The position numbers were made by a program, and so were the translations under genes. DNA of 48,965 bases, filler included, from Stramenopiles sp. TOSAG23-2 (Eukaryota), in assembly GCA_900128395.1 (NCBI GenBank). It is 2 parts of 2 records of this genome, joined end to end, with 100 filler letters (N's around TTAATTAATTAA, not from the genome) between each part and the next. Parts side by side here need not be neighbours in the genome. Positions count along the whole stretch, not along the records: positions 1 to 24,433 come from LT649464.1; 1 more part is not named here. One strand, written 5' to 3'. Positions within the stretch are counted from its first letter, which is position 1. The number at the start of each line of letters is the position of its first letter. Below, one piece after another: positions 1-11,294 of the stretch. The notes beneath the pieces were generated by a model. The model was not told the origin of the DNA. It ran no database searches and was given only the letters and a program-made list of their open reading frames with translations.

Positions 1-925
1 TATTAAATATCTCTTTTCAATTGATATATATATATATATATATATATGGTTTTGTTGTTGTTGTAAAGTTTTAAAATGTTGTATAATGCACTATATATAT
101 CTATGCTTTTTTACTATTATTATTTTGTTTTAGACCGATAATATCCAGAGGAGATATCTATTGTGCTATTATAAAATATCTCAATACAGATAGGAACTAT
201 ATACTCTGGCAAGCGCAGAGTCTTCCCTAGTAGGAACTATACATGGTACTACATGTAGTAGAAGACGACTAGTAATATGCCGCTCTGTCTGTGTACATCC
301 TCGTCTGCTGTGTCGTCCTCTTTTCTGTCTGTAGTCTCTGCTGCAGCTGCCTCTGCAGGTTTTAGGGCTGGCCCGGCTGGGCGGATATATATAAGGTATA
401 TTTTTTATTTTCCAGCTAGCACTAGTTTAGTATACATTTTTGTATACTTAATATTTCTGTCCGAGAGGGACAGTTATTACCGTTGTTTNNNNNNNNNNNN
501 NNNNNNNNNNNNNNNNNNNNNNNNNNNNNNNNNNNNNNNNNNNNNNNNNNNNNNNNNNNNNNNNNNNNNNNNGTTATTACCGTTGTTTGTTCTTCCTGTG
601 TTTTCACACATAATAATAAAAAAAATTAAAATTGATCTTGATTATAAAACAAATAGCATGCACATACTATTGAAGAAAGAATAGATGTTATAGATATAAA
701 TATATAAATATATTCCATGGACTATTTATATCAATAAAATATACAAAGTAAATAGATATATGATATGAAAAATTATTGTATTCGTCATAACTATAACTAA
801 TAAATATTCATCGTATCCAATTTGTCCATTCTTTTAATTTTCTTTTCTTTAATATATATATATACACCTGTTTCGTTTTTTCCCAATATATATAGTAGAT
901 AGGAAACAGGGAGAAGAAGTGAAAG

Positions 926-3202
926 ATGGCGATATCAAGAGGAAATGAAAAGTTAGATTTGTTAAAGGAACCACCAGTCAATAAATCTTGGGTCTGGGTA
1001 TGTGAATCTTTGCAATCTGGTACCAGTCAAGGGGATCGCTGTGATGTAAATATGGTAGACAATATAGTAATACACAATGGACGCCCAACCTCATGGGCAT
1101 TTACGAATAAAAGTGGACAAGTCTTAAAAAAAGGCGAAAGTAAATTAGCTTTAGAAAACATTATAAAACAATTCTCTAAAACAGCGCTTAGTTATGGTAG
1201 GAAACAAAATCCAGAAAAAATGGCATTAGTTGTACAGGAAAGTGATCCATCAAGAAATCAATTTGTCCCAGCTGACCAAGCATTAGAATATTTACGAGCA
1301 CCATCAGCAACGGCTATTTCCATTCAAAGTTTTGTTCCCCCAAAAGGTGGATTGGCATCAGGCCAATATGCAAATTATCGCTGTGAGTATTTATTAGACC
1401 AACGTGGTAGACATGTAACAAGATCATTTAAACTTGGTGTTGCAACTGGTTTTACTACAGGTTCTGGTGGTGTTACAAGTGGTCATAGCCGAAACTTAGT
1501 GAAAAGTATGGATTCAAGTCTGAACAAAGTATTAAGTGATAATACAATGCGTATAGTTAGACATGTCCAACGTGTTAAAAAGTGCAAAGTTAGGCAAACG
1601 TACTGCGATTATGTTGTTGATACATCTGGTGACATTTGGTTTACACGTACTGCATCAATGAAAGTTGTTTCGTTGCGAGCAAAGAAAGCATTGCCGTTTA
1701 TCGACTCAAGACCAAATTCATCGGAAAATAATAGAAGAGGTAGGAGAAGTACTAGCAATAGAGGCCGGGAGCGTTCAAAATCACCACCAATTAAAAAAGA
1801 GCAACTAGAACGTTTAAGCCGTAAGGCAGAACAACCTGGAGGTATGCAAGCTATGTTACGTCATGCGAGGGATACTATGGCACATCCAGTTGCACATTTA
1901 AACGGTAGAGTGTCTATGGGTGATCGTGGGAAGAAAAAAATGTTGAAAGGAACAGCATTAGGTTCCAGTCAACGCGATGAATGTATAGGTGATTTTTGTT
2001 CGTATGATGTCAGTGTAAATTTTACAGAATTAGATGCGCAAGAGGATACGGATCCATTAACGGAGGCACGTAAAAAATTAAATACGCGAGATATGTCAAC
2101 GTTAATGCATCGCTTAGGAGAAACTGGAGAAATCAAAAGTGGTGAGCCTGCACCGAAAAATTATAATATTCCATATTACTGGGTGCCACGTGCCCGCGCG
2201 GAGAGAACTTTGGTAAACTTGATGTTAAGGCGACATAAACATGGGGAAAAAGGGGATTATTTAGGCACAATGGATAATACACATGTTGATTCCGATATCC
2301 TTGGTCAAAATTACCCGAGTCATTTTTATAAAAATCGCGTAGTTTGTGAGCAATGTTTTAAAGTCTATAAATTAATTGATGTGGAACGCGATAAAGCGAT
2401 GGATAAATTGCATCATAAGCAAGACTTAGCAAAATCAAAACGTTTAGGAACTAGTGGTCGCGATTCAAAAAAATCCCCGCCACGCTTATTAACTGGCGGG
2501 TCGTTTACATCTTCCATCCGTACAAATGCATGGGATCAAGAAGGTAGAAAAATTAACGCTGGAATGAAAGAAGGAAAACAAGATGCAGTCAGCGAAGGTT
2601 TATCTAGAGCAGAGCAGGCAATCGCTTGTTTGACTAAAGGGGATGTTGCTGAACTACGTTCATTTTCAAAACCGCCACCAGCTGTAATGATGGTCGTAAA
2701 AGCTTTGATGGTGTTATTAACCGGAGAAGCAATGGATTGGAAAAGTGCGAAACGAGTTATGGCCAGTGGTGAGCGCTTTTTGCAAATGATGGGCGCATGC
2801 ATGAGGGATAGGGAACGTTTGCCAGAATCTCGAATACGCACGTTGCGTCGTAAATTTACAAATAATCCTAATTTTCACCCAGATTGTGTCGAGCCTATTT
2901 CTCGTAGTGCGGCGCGTTTTTGCGCATGGGTACTGGGCATAGTTCAATACCATGGCTGGGCAACTGGAACGGCGCATCCACGTATTGATCCGTTGCGCCC
3001 ATACTCCGCTCCAAATGAATCTGGTATAGAAGGTGATAGTAGTATATTGTTCCCACCCGTTCATGAAACTGGATCATTAATGAGTGTATATGGAACAGCC
3101 ACAGTTTCTGGGTTGCAAATGAAAGACGATGATTTGTCGTTTGCAGAGAAATTATTGGTGAAAGTTCATACGGCGGCAGCTCCAAAAAGCAATTATCATT
3201 AG
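926..3202 (+). CDS. 5' part of a giant multidomain protein: N-terminal domain with possible ATP-grasp-like features, Cys pairs, and a dynein heavy chain microtubule-binding stalk-like domain
   Basis: 758-aa ORF. The segment AEQAIACLTKGDVAELRSFSKPPPAVMMVVKALMVLL..W..AKRVM..FL..NPNFHPDCVEPISRSAARFCAWV (~nt 2600-2950) follows the dynein stalk/MTBD pattern. CxGDFC and VCEQC motifs are present. It overlaps the open upstream frame of the next ORF, so the two are probably one gene. Confidence 0.75.
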   Translation: MAISRGNEKLDLLKEPPVNKSWVWVCESLQSGTSQGDRCDVNMVDNIVIHNGRPTSWAFTNKSGQVLKKGESKLALENIIKQFSKTALSYGRKQNPEKMALVVQESDPSRNQFVPADQALEYLRAPSATAISIQSFVPPKGGLASGQYANYRCEYLLDQRGRHVTRSFKLGVATGFTTGSGGVTSGHSRNLVKSMDSSLNKVLSDNTMRIVRHVQRVKKCKVRQTYCDYVVDTSGDIWFTRTASMKVVSLRAKKALPFIDSRPNSSENNRRGRRSTSNRGRERSKSPPIKKEQLERLSRKAEQPGGMQAMLRHARDTMAHPVAHLNGRVSMGDRGKKKMLKGTALGSSQRDECIGDFCSYDVSVNFTELDAQEDTDPLTEARKKLNTRDMSTLMHRLGETGEIKSGEPAPKNYNIPYYWVPRARAERTLVNLMLRRHKHGEKGDYLGTMDNTHVDSDILGQNYPSHFYKNRVVCEQCFKVYKLIDVERDKAMDKLHHKQDLAKSKRLGTSGRDSKKSPPRLLTGGSFTSSIRTNAWDQEGRKINAGMKEGKQDAVSEGLSRAEQAIACLTKGDVAELRSFSKPPPAVMMVVKALMVLLTGEAMDWKSAKRVMASGERFLQMMGACMRDRERLPESRIRTLRRKFTNNPNFHPDCVEPISRSAARFCAWVLGIVQYHGWATGTAHPRIDPLRPYSAPNESGIEGDSSILFPPVHETGSLMSVYGTATVSGLQMKDDDLSFAEKLLVKVHTAAAPKSNYH

Positions 3203-3204
3203 AT

Positions 3205-6200
3205 ATGGAATTTGATGATGAAGATTTTATTATGGATGGAGAGGGCGCAGAAGGCACTCTGTTGTACGGCAATCGTGCCAGATCTCCGATAATGCCCGAA
3301 GGACTTCCACCAACTCGTGAACGAAGTTTATCACCTGTAAATAGAGCATTTGGAAGGCACTCCTCTTTACCATCGGCTATGTCCCCATTACGCACAGGTG
3401 GAAAGACACGTGTTGTTGATGAATATGAAGAAATTGGCGCTACAAATTTAGCGATACAGAAGAAACCAAAAGTTAAATTAACTAAAAAGCAAAAACGTGC
3501 AAGAGCAAAAATTCAAGCTCGTCAAATGAAGCGCTTGGCAGGAGGAGATGAGGGTGGTGGCGAATCTACAAATGCAACGGAAGTTGGAAAATCTTATTTA
3601 TGCGTAGATGGACAAACAGAAATACCATACGAAGTGATGGGAACACAAGAGTTAGAGGGCAATAATGTAAATTTCATTGTTCTTCATGATTTTTTCGATA
3701 CCATGGAAGGTGTACAAATCTTTTTTCAACGTTTGGTGAAAAAATATGTCGGCTGTCAAGTACTAATTTTAAATATGCCCGGTCAAGGTGATACAAAATG
3801 GAGTGCTACTGGGCCGACAGCTGCGGAGAAGAAATATGGCAAGCAAGGTAATGAGCCTGTCATTAATAATCAGTTTTGTGCAGATAAGTTACACGAGGTA
3901 TTGCAACATGTTGAGAAAACTGGTGAGTTTACTTGCTCTATCCAACAATTTTATTTAATGGGTATTGGAAATGGTGGCTCAATTGCAACAAATTTTGCAT
4001 GTAGGTATGGATCTACAAGAGATTATGCACCAACATTTAAATCACTTGTCTTATTTAATGGTTATGCATATGTAGATAACCAATTAGCAGCAATTTTGCA
4101 TAGTTCCGTCAATGTCTTTTCCTGTTTCCCAGAATCAAGGCCAGATTTACCAATTAGTTATTTTACAAGGTTCCTTTTTAGTGATGCATATTTGCAAAAG
4201 GTTGATCCGAACTTAGTATTAAATATTTATACTGCAGTAGCAAACAAAATATCATTAGATGGTAGAATCGCTATTTGTAAAGGTGCTTTGCGACACATCG
4301 ATATGCGGCCGCAATTGAAAAATATCAAAGTGCCAATTGTTCTTTTACAATCAACTGAAAATGTCTTAATTGCACCAACTAATGTTGATCCATATTTAGA
4401 GGGTAGATCAGTGATGCATTTGTGGAGTCATCAACACACAGGTACTGGCATTAGTTCCAGAGCTCATTCACAGTTACGTGAATGCCTTACTCGCCCTGGT
4501 GGCCGCACAGCATTTGTTATGTGGTTAAGAGCTGGGCATGAGGTACGCCAAGAGAGTAAATCTGCTGTTTTTGATCTTTTGACACGTTTAGCAGATCCTG
4601 GTTCAAGTGTACCAACACAAAATACCGAAGAGACATCTGGAAAACGAGGCAAAAAAGGAAAAAAGAAAAAGAAAAAAGTGCAATACGTGGAAGATCCAAT
4701 GTTTGCTGAAGAGGAAAAAATAGCCGACATAGTTGATGAGACGAAAGAAGATGATGTCTTCAATGATGTAGAACAAACTAGCGCGGATCTTTTGTCGCAA
4801 ACAGTCCCAAATAAATTATCACAGCAACAAGATGAAAACAGTGAGAGTGCCCCAAAAAAAGCCGTTATTAAATCAAACCTAGCAAATACTGCACCTGCAG
4901 GGTTGGGAAAGAAGGATATAAGTGGAAGTAAAAAATCGGAAGAAATTGCTGAAGAAGAGGGAGGAAAAAAGACGACAAAATTCGAAGAAGATTTAATGGA
5001 AAGGCGCAGAAAAGAACGCCTAGAGGAAACCGATAAAGAATTTCAAGATGCTATGAGAGCTCACAAACAAGCGGTGTCAAAACAAACTGAAGATGGAGAT
5101 CTTGCTGCTATAAAAGAAGCAAATCGTTTGCTCGAACAAGCAGAAGAAGATGCAAAAAAATATGCGACAAAATACGACGATGGAAGCAAAAAGGTCGACA
5201 TAGAAGAAGATTTTCTAGTACGAGAAAGGAAAGAAAAGGAAGCGTTGAAAGCCAAGGGTGGTTTAGATCAAGGGATATCAACTAGACCTACTTTAGGACA
5301 TGGTCTCCGTACATTGGCCGAGGAGAAAGCAGAGTTGAAACGCAAATTAAAAGACTTCGAAAATCAGCGAATCGCACGCCGTAAAAAGGAAGAGGTTGAA
5401 ATGTCAAAAGCAATAGAAGATTTAAAGAAAGATACCAAACAACGTCGACAAGACTTTATGGAAAAAGACAAAGCGAAATTACGAGATCTTGAAAAAGAGC
5501 TTGAAGACAGACGTAAAAGACGAGAGCTGGAGGATCAAAAGCGGAGGGCGGAGCTTTCACAAATGGAAACGGACATTATCGCGCGCCATAAAGCTGAAGC
5601 TGAGGAGCTTTTAAATTTTGAAAAAAAGGAAGCGGAGGAAGAAGCAGAAAAAGAGCGAAAGCAAGAAGAATTGCTAATGACACCGGCTGAAAGATTGAAA
5701 AAAGACAAAGAGACTCAAGAAAAATTGAGAAGGAAATATGAAATGCAAATGATTATTGCGAAGCAGGATGCTGCAAAAGGTTCTGGACTTAGTGATATGT
5801 TTGGTGATATGGAAAAACAAGATGAAGAAATGAAGCGTATGGGAATTATGAAAATGGATGAATATGAGCGGGTTAAATCTGATTTAGTAATGGCAGAGGT
5901 GAAGCGGAAGGAAATGGAGGCTGCAATGGCACAAGGAGCTGCATTTGAGCGGGAAGCTGCAGCGGCACTTGTTCTGCAAGCTGCTGCACGTGGTATGGCT
6001 GGACGCAAAAAAGCTGAAATACGTCGTAATCAACTAGAGACAGAAGCGTTACGAGAAATCTCTGCGATTAAAATGCAATGTGTTGCACGTGGGCATTTAG
6101 GAAGGAAACGGGCTAAAGCAATGCGATTTGCATTACACCGACAGCGCATGGAACGCACGGCATCCGTCAAGATACAAAAAGTATTTAGAGGCATGAAAGG

Positions 6201-8220
6201 CAGAAAAATTGCAAGGAACAAACGTGAACGTCGTGCTGCCATACGCATTCAAAAAGTGTATCGCGGTCATTTGGGTAGGTTAATTGCGGAAGTGGAGCGA
6301 CAACGCTTGGCACGGATTGCACTGGAAAATAAATGCGCAACAAAATTGCAAGCTACCTTTAGAATGTACAAGGGACGCATGGAATTTATTGACAGGCGAG
6401 TGCGTGAAGTTGCTGCCGTACAAATTCAACGCATATGGCGTGGTGTTAGGGGCAGACGAAAAGCTGCACGAAAAAGGAAGTGGGAATCTACTGCACCTGG
6501 GCCAGACAGGCTCAAACTTGGTCTTACCCTTATCGAGGAAACAAAAGAGGCATTTCAAACACAGCAGGAAGAGATCAATGCATTGCATCGTGCACAAGAG
6601 CGATCGGAGGCGCGGGTAAGCGAAATACACGAAGGTTTGAAGGAATCAGAGGAAGAGCTACGCGTATTAGAACGCGAATTGGCCGATATCGATCAATTGG
6701 ATCGTGATTTGCATGAATTGACACACGAACGTGCTATGTTGGAAGCCAAAGCACAAGAATCAGAGGAACAAGCTCAAATTGCGATGGACCGTTTAGAGGA
6801 TGGGGAGCTTGGTGGTACACAGCCAGGAACAGGGCAAGGTGGCGCTCGTAGCAAATTGGATCCTGCAGCTAGGAGAGCAGCTGCTAAGAAAGCAAAGAAA
6901 GAAGCTCGTGAGCGAGCCGCGGAAGCATACGCTTTGGAGATGGCCATTCATTTAAAAAGGGCAGAAAGGGAACGAAAGAAGAAAGAGTTGGAAGCAGAAT
7001 TTGCTGGTGTATTTGCAGAAGTTGAAAAGAAAAAGAACGAATTGGCACGTTTGGAAAATCGTATTGCAGACATGGAGGCTACAAGAAAAAGGAAAGATCG
7101 CGAGTTTGTTCGTTTACAAAGAAATCTAATGGAGTTGTTGGAGGAACAAAAAGTCGAATTGGATAGCCTACGAGAGAAAGGTATTGAGTTGGAAACTGCA
7201 ACAGCGACATCTGCTGCAGCAGCTGCTGCAACTGCTCATGCTGCAAAAGAAAATGAACGTAGATCGAGGGCAATGTTTGAGAATACAGAAGAATTAATGA
7301 AATTCCAATTTATGTCTATGTCGCTCAGTTACTTCTCATCGCTTAATATGATCAAATCGTTGCGCGACATTAATGCTGATACAACTTCTGCTGCTGTGTC
7401 ATCTTCAGCACAAACAGCAGCCGCTGCCGCCGCTGCTGCTGCAGCTGCGAATATACCTGAGTTGAAGCATTTGAAATTAGGCACAGAAGATTTATTAGAT
7501 GCATCGACTAAAAAGAAACAACAGCAAATTATTGAACAAAAACGAAAAGCGGAGGAACAACGCGCGTTGTTGGAACAACCATTCCCAGAAGATGTTGCGG
7601 ATTGGACGGTTGAAGATGTAAGCAGATGGTTAGATACTATTTCATTATCGCAATATAAACGTGCATTTGCAGAAGCAGCGGTTGATGGCCAATTTTTAAC
7701 GGAGTTACGAAATGAAGATTTACGAGATGTATTAGGTGTAGAGCACGAACTTCATAGGAAGAAAATTGGCGTCATGATCGAAAAATTGAAACCATTGGAT
7801 AAACGCGAAGTGTTTATGCGCGATACAGTGTTGCAAGAGGAGAAGGCTGATAATGATCGCCAAGATTCAATTAAAAAAGAAGCAATGCCAACTACCGATT
7901 CTGTATTCAGTATGTGCCGTAATGGTCGTTACAAACGATTGGAAGCGGCTCTTGACCTTGGATTTCCTATTGATACCGTGGACTCGCATGGTAATACATT
8001 GTTAAGTCTTTCTTGCCAGCAAGTCAATCAGCGCATTGTTGAAATGTTGTTAGATCGCCGTGCAAATATCAATCATCAAAATAATCTTGGCAATACGCCA
8101 TTACACTATGCGATGGCATATGAACCAGAAGGTTCGCTAGGAGAATACTTAATCGGTCGTGGCGCAGATGATATGATTGAAAATAATGATGGATTAAGTC
8201 CGTATGATGGTATAGAGTAA
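3205..8220 (+). CDS. 3' part of the same giant protein: alpha/beta-hydrolase-like domain, coiled coils, IQ motifs, SAM domain, ankyrin repeats
   Basis: 1671-aa ORF. Motifs: VLHDFF/NMPGQG/LMGIGNGG/AGHE (hydrolase fold); repeated IQxxxRGxxxR; WTVEDVSRWL..YKRAF..VDG..L..LGV..HRKKI (SAM); GNTLL/GNTPLHYA (ankyrin). The frame is open upstream of the ATG to ~3133. Confidence 0.85.
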   Translation: MEFDDEDFIMDGEGAEGTLLYGNRARSPIMPEGLPPTRERSLSPVNRAFGRHSSLPSAMSPLRTGGKTRVVDEYEEIGATNLAIQKKPKVKLTKKQKRARAKIQARQMKRLAGGDEGGGESTNATEVGKSYLCVDGQTEIPYEVMGTQELEGNNVNFIVLHDFFDTMEGVQIFFQRLVKKYVGCQVLILNMPGQGDTKWSATGPTAAEKKYGKQGNEPVINNQFCADKLHEVLQHVEKTGEFTCSIQQFYLMGIGNGGSIATNFACRYGSTRDYAPTFKSLVLFNGYAYVDNQLAAILHSSVNVFSCFPESRPDLPISYFTRFLFSDAYLQKVDPNLVLNIYTAVANKISLDGRIAICKGALRHIDMRPQLKNIKVPIVLLQSTENVLIAPTNVDPYLEGRSVMHLWSHQHTGTGISSRAHSQLRECLTRPGGRTAFVMWLRAGHEVRQESKSAVFDLLTRLADPGSSVPTQNTEETSGKRGKKGKKKKKKVQYVEDPMFAEEEKIADIVDETKEDDVFNDVEQTSADLLSQTVPNKLSQQQDENSESAPKKAVIKSNLANTAPAGLGKKDISGSKKSEEIAEEEGGKKTTKFEEDLMERRRKERLEETDKEFQDAMRAHKQAVSKQTEDGDLAAIKEANRLLEQAEEDAKKYATKYDDGSKKVDIEEDFLVRERKEKEALKAKGGLDQGISTRPTLGHGLRTLAEEKAELKRKLKDFENQRIARRKKEEVEMSKAIEDLKKDTKQRRQDFMEKDKAKLRDLEKELEDRRKRRELEDQKRRAELSQMETDIIARHKAEAEELLNFEKKEAEEEAEKERKQEELLMTPAERLKKDKETQEKLRRKYEMQMIIAKQDAAKGSGLSDMFGDMEKQDEEMKRMGIMKMDEYERVKSDLVMAEVKRKEMEAAMAQGAAFEREAAAALVLQAAARGMAGRKKAEIRRNQLETEALREISAIKMQCVARGHLGRKRAKAMRFALHRQRMERTASVKIQKVFRGMKGRKIARNKRERRAAIRIQKVYRGHLGRLIAEVERQRLARIALENKCATKLQATFRMYKGRMEFIDRRVREVAAVQIQRIWRGVRGRRKAARKRKWESTAPGPDRLKLGLTLIEETKEAFQTQQEEINALHRAQERSEARVSEIHEGLKESEEELRVLERELADIDQLDRDLHELTHERAMLEAKAQESEEQAQIAMDRLEDGELGGTQPGTGQGGARSKLDPAARRAAAKKAKKEARERAAEAYALEMAIHLKRAERERKKKELEAEFAGVFAEVEKKKNELARLENRIADMEATRKRKDREFVRLQRNLMELLEEQKVELDSLREKGIELETATATSAAAAAATAHAAKENERRSRAMFENTEELMKFQFMSMSLSYFSSLNMIKSLRDINADTTSAAVSSSAQTAAAAAAAAAAANIPELKHLKLGTEDLLDASTKKKQQQIIEQKRKAEEQRALLEQPFPEDVADWTVEDVSRWLDTISLSQYKRAFAEAAVDGQFLTELRNEDLRDVLGVEHELHRKKIGVMIEKLKPLDKREVFMRDTVLQEEKADNDRQDSIKKEAMPTTDSVFSMCRNGRYKRLEAALDLGFPIDTVDSHGNTLLSLSCQQVNQRIVEMLLDRRANINHQNNLGNTPLHYAMAYEPEGSLGEYLIGRGADDMIENNDGLSPYDGIE

Positions 8221-8462
8221 GAAGTGTGTGTGTTACAAACTCGTAAAAAGGTTTTTTTTATATAATATTTATTAAAAATATTCGTATTATGGTCATAAAA
8301 ATTAAAATTTTATAATTTTGTTACGCGACACGTACGTATTGATGTGTATGATATTCATATATACATGTATGATATATCAAACATATAATGACACGAGTAT
8401 GATACATATGTCATATCATATATGATATGCATATTATATATGATACAACAACAAAAAAAAAC

Positions 8463-9719
8463 TTATTTGTAAAAGTTATATTCTGTGTCTTGTTGTTTCA
8501 CGTGTTTTGTATAACCATTTTCAAAGTCTTTTGGAATGATAACATATCGATTTTTACGAACAGCTTGTAACCCAGCTTCTGCGCAGATGGCACTAATTTC
8601 AGCAGCGGATACTTTCTCTGGCCTTGAAACATAATCTTCCAAATCAACTTCATCACTTAAATTCATCTTTGAAGTGCAAGCAGCAAAAATTAACCTTTTC
8701 TGTCTACGATCTGGTAATGGAAATTCAATTTTACGATCCAAACGTCCTGACCTCATTAAAGCAGGGTCTAATGTATCTGCACGATTTGTTGCCATGATTA
8801 CTTTGACGTTCGTTGATTGGTCAAAACCATCCATTTGGTTCAAAAGTTCCAACAAGATACGCTGTACTTCCCGATCTGCACCAGTTTGCGAGTCAAAACG
8901 TTTTGTACCAATTGCATCAATTTCATCGATAAAAATGATGGATGGTGCATTTTCACGTGCTAAACGAAAAACATCACGTACCATTCTAGGACCTTCACCT
9001 AAATATTTTTGAACAAATTCTGAACCAACTACTCGAATAAAAGATGCATTTGTATTATTCGCAACAGCCTTTGCAAGCATCGTCTTTCCTGTACCAGGAG
9101 GACCATACATTAACACCCCACGTGGTGGGTCAATACCAATTTGCTTGTACAATTCAAAGTGTGTTAAAGGAAGTTCTACTGCCTCTTTCATTTCTTGCTT
9201 TTGCAAATCTAAACCACCAATATCTGCATATGTCACGTCAGGCTTTTCACCCATTTGCATCATTTGTATTGTCGAATCCGCCTCTGGTGGCAATATATCC
9301 ACGACACTGTGGCTGTAACGGTGCAATGCGACGGAAGAGTTTGGTTTTAAAAGTTCACGATCTAATGTCGATAACACGCGTACGTAATATGTACTACCGG
9401 CAGTTGATGTTACTATCCCGTGGTTTGCGTCAATAGCTTCGTTAAATTGACCTATTACTAATGGCACTGCTTTAATACGTTTCACTTCCTCCTTTGCCCT
9501 AATCATTTCACGTTTTAAATTTTTCATTTCATCCTTTACGTAATCTGTTTTGATATCTAAAAATTCAAGCTTCTTCTGTAAGCCTTTCAATTCTTTGTAT
9601 AAATCTTCTTCCGTTTTTTCCGAAGCATTTTCTACTACATTATCATTAATACTAACACCTTTCATTTTAACATTCACTTGGTTTAACGAGGTAGTCGGGT
9701 TTGCAACTGCTACTGACAT
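8463..9719 (-). CDS. RPT3: 26S proteasome regulatory AAA-ATPase subunit 6B (Rpt3)
   Basis: Walker A GPPGTGKT, Walker [59 protein letters not shown]-terminal FYK tail. First ATG is at 9719. Confidence 0.97.
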   Translation of the reverse strand: MSVAVANPTTSLNQVNVKMKGVSINDNVVENASEKTEEDLYKELKGLQKKLEFLDIKTDYVKDEMKNLKREMIRAKEEVKRIKAVPLVIGQFNEAIDANHGIVTSTAGSTYYVRVLSTLDRELLKPNSSVALHRYSHSVVDILPPEADSTIQMMQMGEKPDVTYADIGGLDLQKQEMKEAVELPLTHFELYKQIGIDPPRGVLMYGPPGTGKTMLAKAVANNTNASFIRVVGSEFVQKYLGEGPRMVRDVFRLARENAPSIIFIDEIDAIGTKRFDSQTGADREVQRILLELLNQMDGFDQSTNVKVIMATNRADTLDPALMRSGRLDRKIEFPLPDRRQKRLIFAACTSKMNLSDEVDLEDYVSRPEKVSAAEISAICAEAGLQAVRKNRYVIIPKDFENGYTKHVKQQDTEYNFYK

Positions 9720-9935
9720 ACTCGTGATCACTTATTTTATATATGTATATATCTTTTTTATACAAATATATGCACAGAGATAGAGAAATGGAGATGGAAA
9801 TATAAATATTGAAGATAGTGAGTATATATATACATACACTATAACTACACCATCAAGGTTTTTAATTTTAGTTCTATTTCAAAAAATAATAATTATTTAT
9901 TCATTTTTTTATTCTTCTTCTTCTTACAGTATTTG

Positions 9936-10052
9936 TCATTTTCGAAGAGCACAAAAGAAGAAGAAAAGCTATACTGTACAGTGGTATAATAATTTTTCAT
10001 TTTCGAAGAGCACAAGAAGAAGAAAAGCTATACTGTACAGTGGTATAATAAT
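9936..10052. repeat. Tandem duplication of a ~58-bp unit
   Basis: tcattttcgaagagcacaa(aa)gaagaagaaaagctatactgtacagtggtataataat at 9936-9993 and 9997-10052. Confidence 0.9.
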
Positions 10053-10438
10053 ATTTGAAAAATGTAATAGGAATATTAGTATTAATATACAATTATATAT
10101 ACTTAATATATTTTAAAAAAAGTATGAACGAAATTTTTCAGAAATTTTAAGTTAGTCGTCTAGTAAGTGGTTAGTAGTAAAACTATCAAATAACAAAGAT
10201 ACCTGGTATTAGTAATATTTATACAGTACCAAGTACGACGACTATTAATAATATATTTTTTCAACAACAATGATGAAATTTTTTTTTTGAATTTTAATTA
10301 ATGAATATACTTGTAGCATAGCAATATTATAGATATATTCAGTGTTGCTACCTCTCTATATTGAATTGATAAACGCACTATATATTGTATCACATAATAG
10401 ACGACAACTACATACATCGCTGAGAAGGAAAACACCAT

Positions 10439-10562
10439 AAACGAATATTACTAACAAAGTAATAACAAAACTATTATATTTCATTGTAATTAATTCTTAT
10501 TAACGAATATTACTAACAAAGTAATAACAAAACTATTATATTTCATTGTAATTAATTCTTAT
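10439..10562. repeat. Tandem duplication of a ~62-bp unit
   Basis: aacgaatattactaacaaagtaataacaaaactattatatttcattgtaattaattcttat occurs twice in direct succession. Confidence 0.9.
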
Positions 10563-11294
10563 TTTTAAAAACAATACACGTTTTGAGCTTTTGTTCTATA
10601 TTTCTTCTTCCTATTAAACGAGGTCGTCTACCATGTGTACATTGTATTATATAATATATGATCGATATGACTTTTAATTCAACAAATAAATATCCAGCTG
10701 AAACTAATAGTACCTGGTGAGCTAATAGCATGCACATATGGAATTGTATACCATCAGGTATACCGGTGCTATATTTTTTCATTCTATCATAATACATAGA
10801 AACAATGCTATATCTATGTATCCATTGATTGTATTTGATGTGAAGAATACAGAAATGGTACTTAATGGGCTAATTATTAGTCATATATTAATATATATAA
10901 CAAAAAATAACAATATTTTACTATGTAAAAGCCCAGTTGTCTGTTATTTACACAACATAAATTTTAAACAAAATTCAAGAACTCACAGATAACGCTATCT
11001 TTTATTTTTTTGTTTTTTGGTGTGGTCGTCCTTTTTTTCCCCCTTACAGGGGAGGCAAAAGTTATTACGAAGTGTCGTATTAGTTATTAATATGTTGACC
11101 TTGAATCATTGTGTGAATGTATGTAGACGTCACATAAAAAAAAATATTTATCTCCTATGCATATTTAAAAACTATTTCAAACCTAAAATACACAGAGAAC
11201 ATTTATTTATCAATATACAACTGCTAGTATATAGTATGCCATTAATTCTAGATTAATACATACACATACTCACACACACACAGATAAGCACAAT

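Noticed and set aside
473-588. 16-bp direct repeat gttattaccgttgttt flanking the first N-gap, and ORFs crossing it
   Set aside because: Typical unmerged contig overlap. The ORFs exist only because Ns hide stops.
10552-11256. Short ORFs in AT-rich spacers (also near 17837, 22389, 27311, 32986, 38586 and 47774)
   Set aside because: Ile/Tyr/Phe-rich translations typical of non-coding AT-rich DNA, with no motifs.
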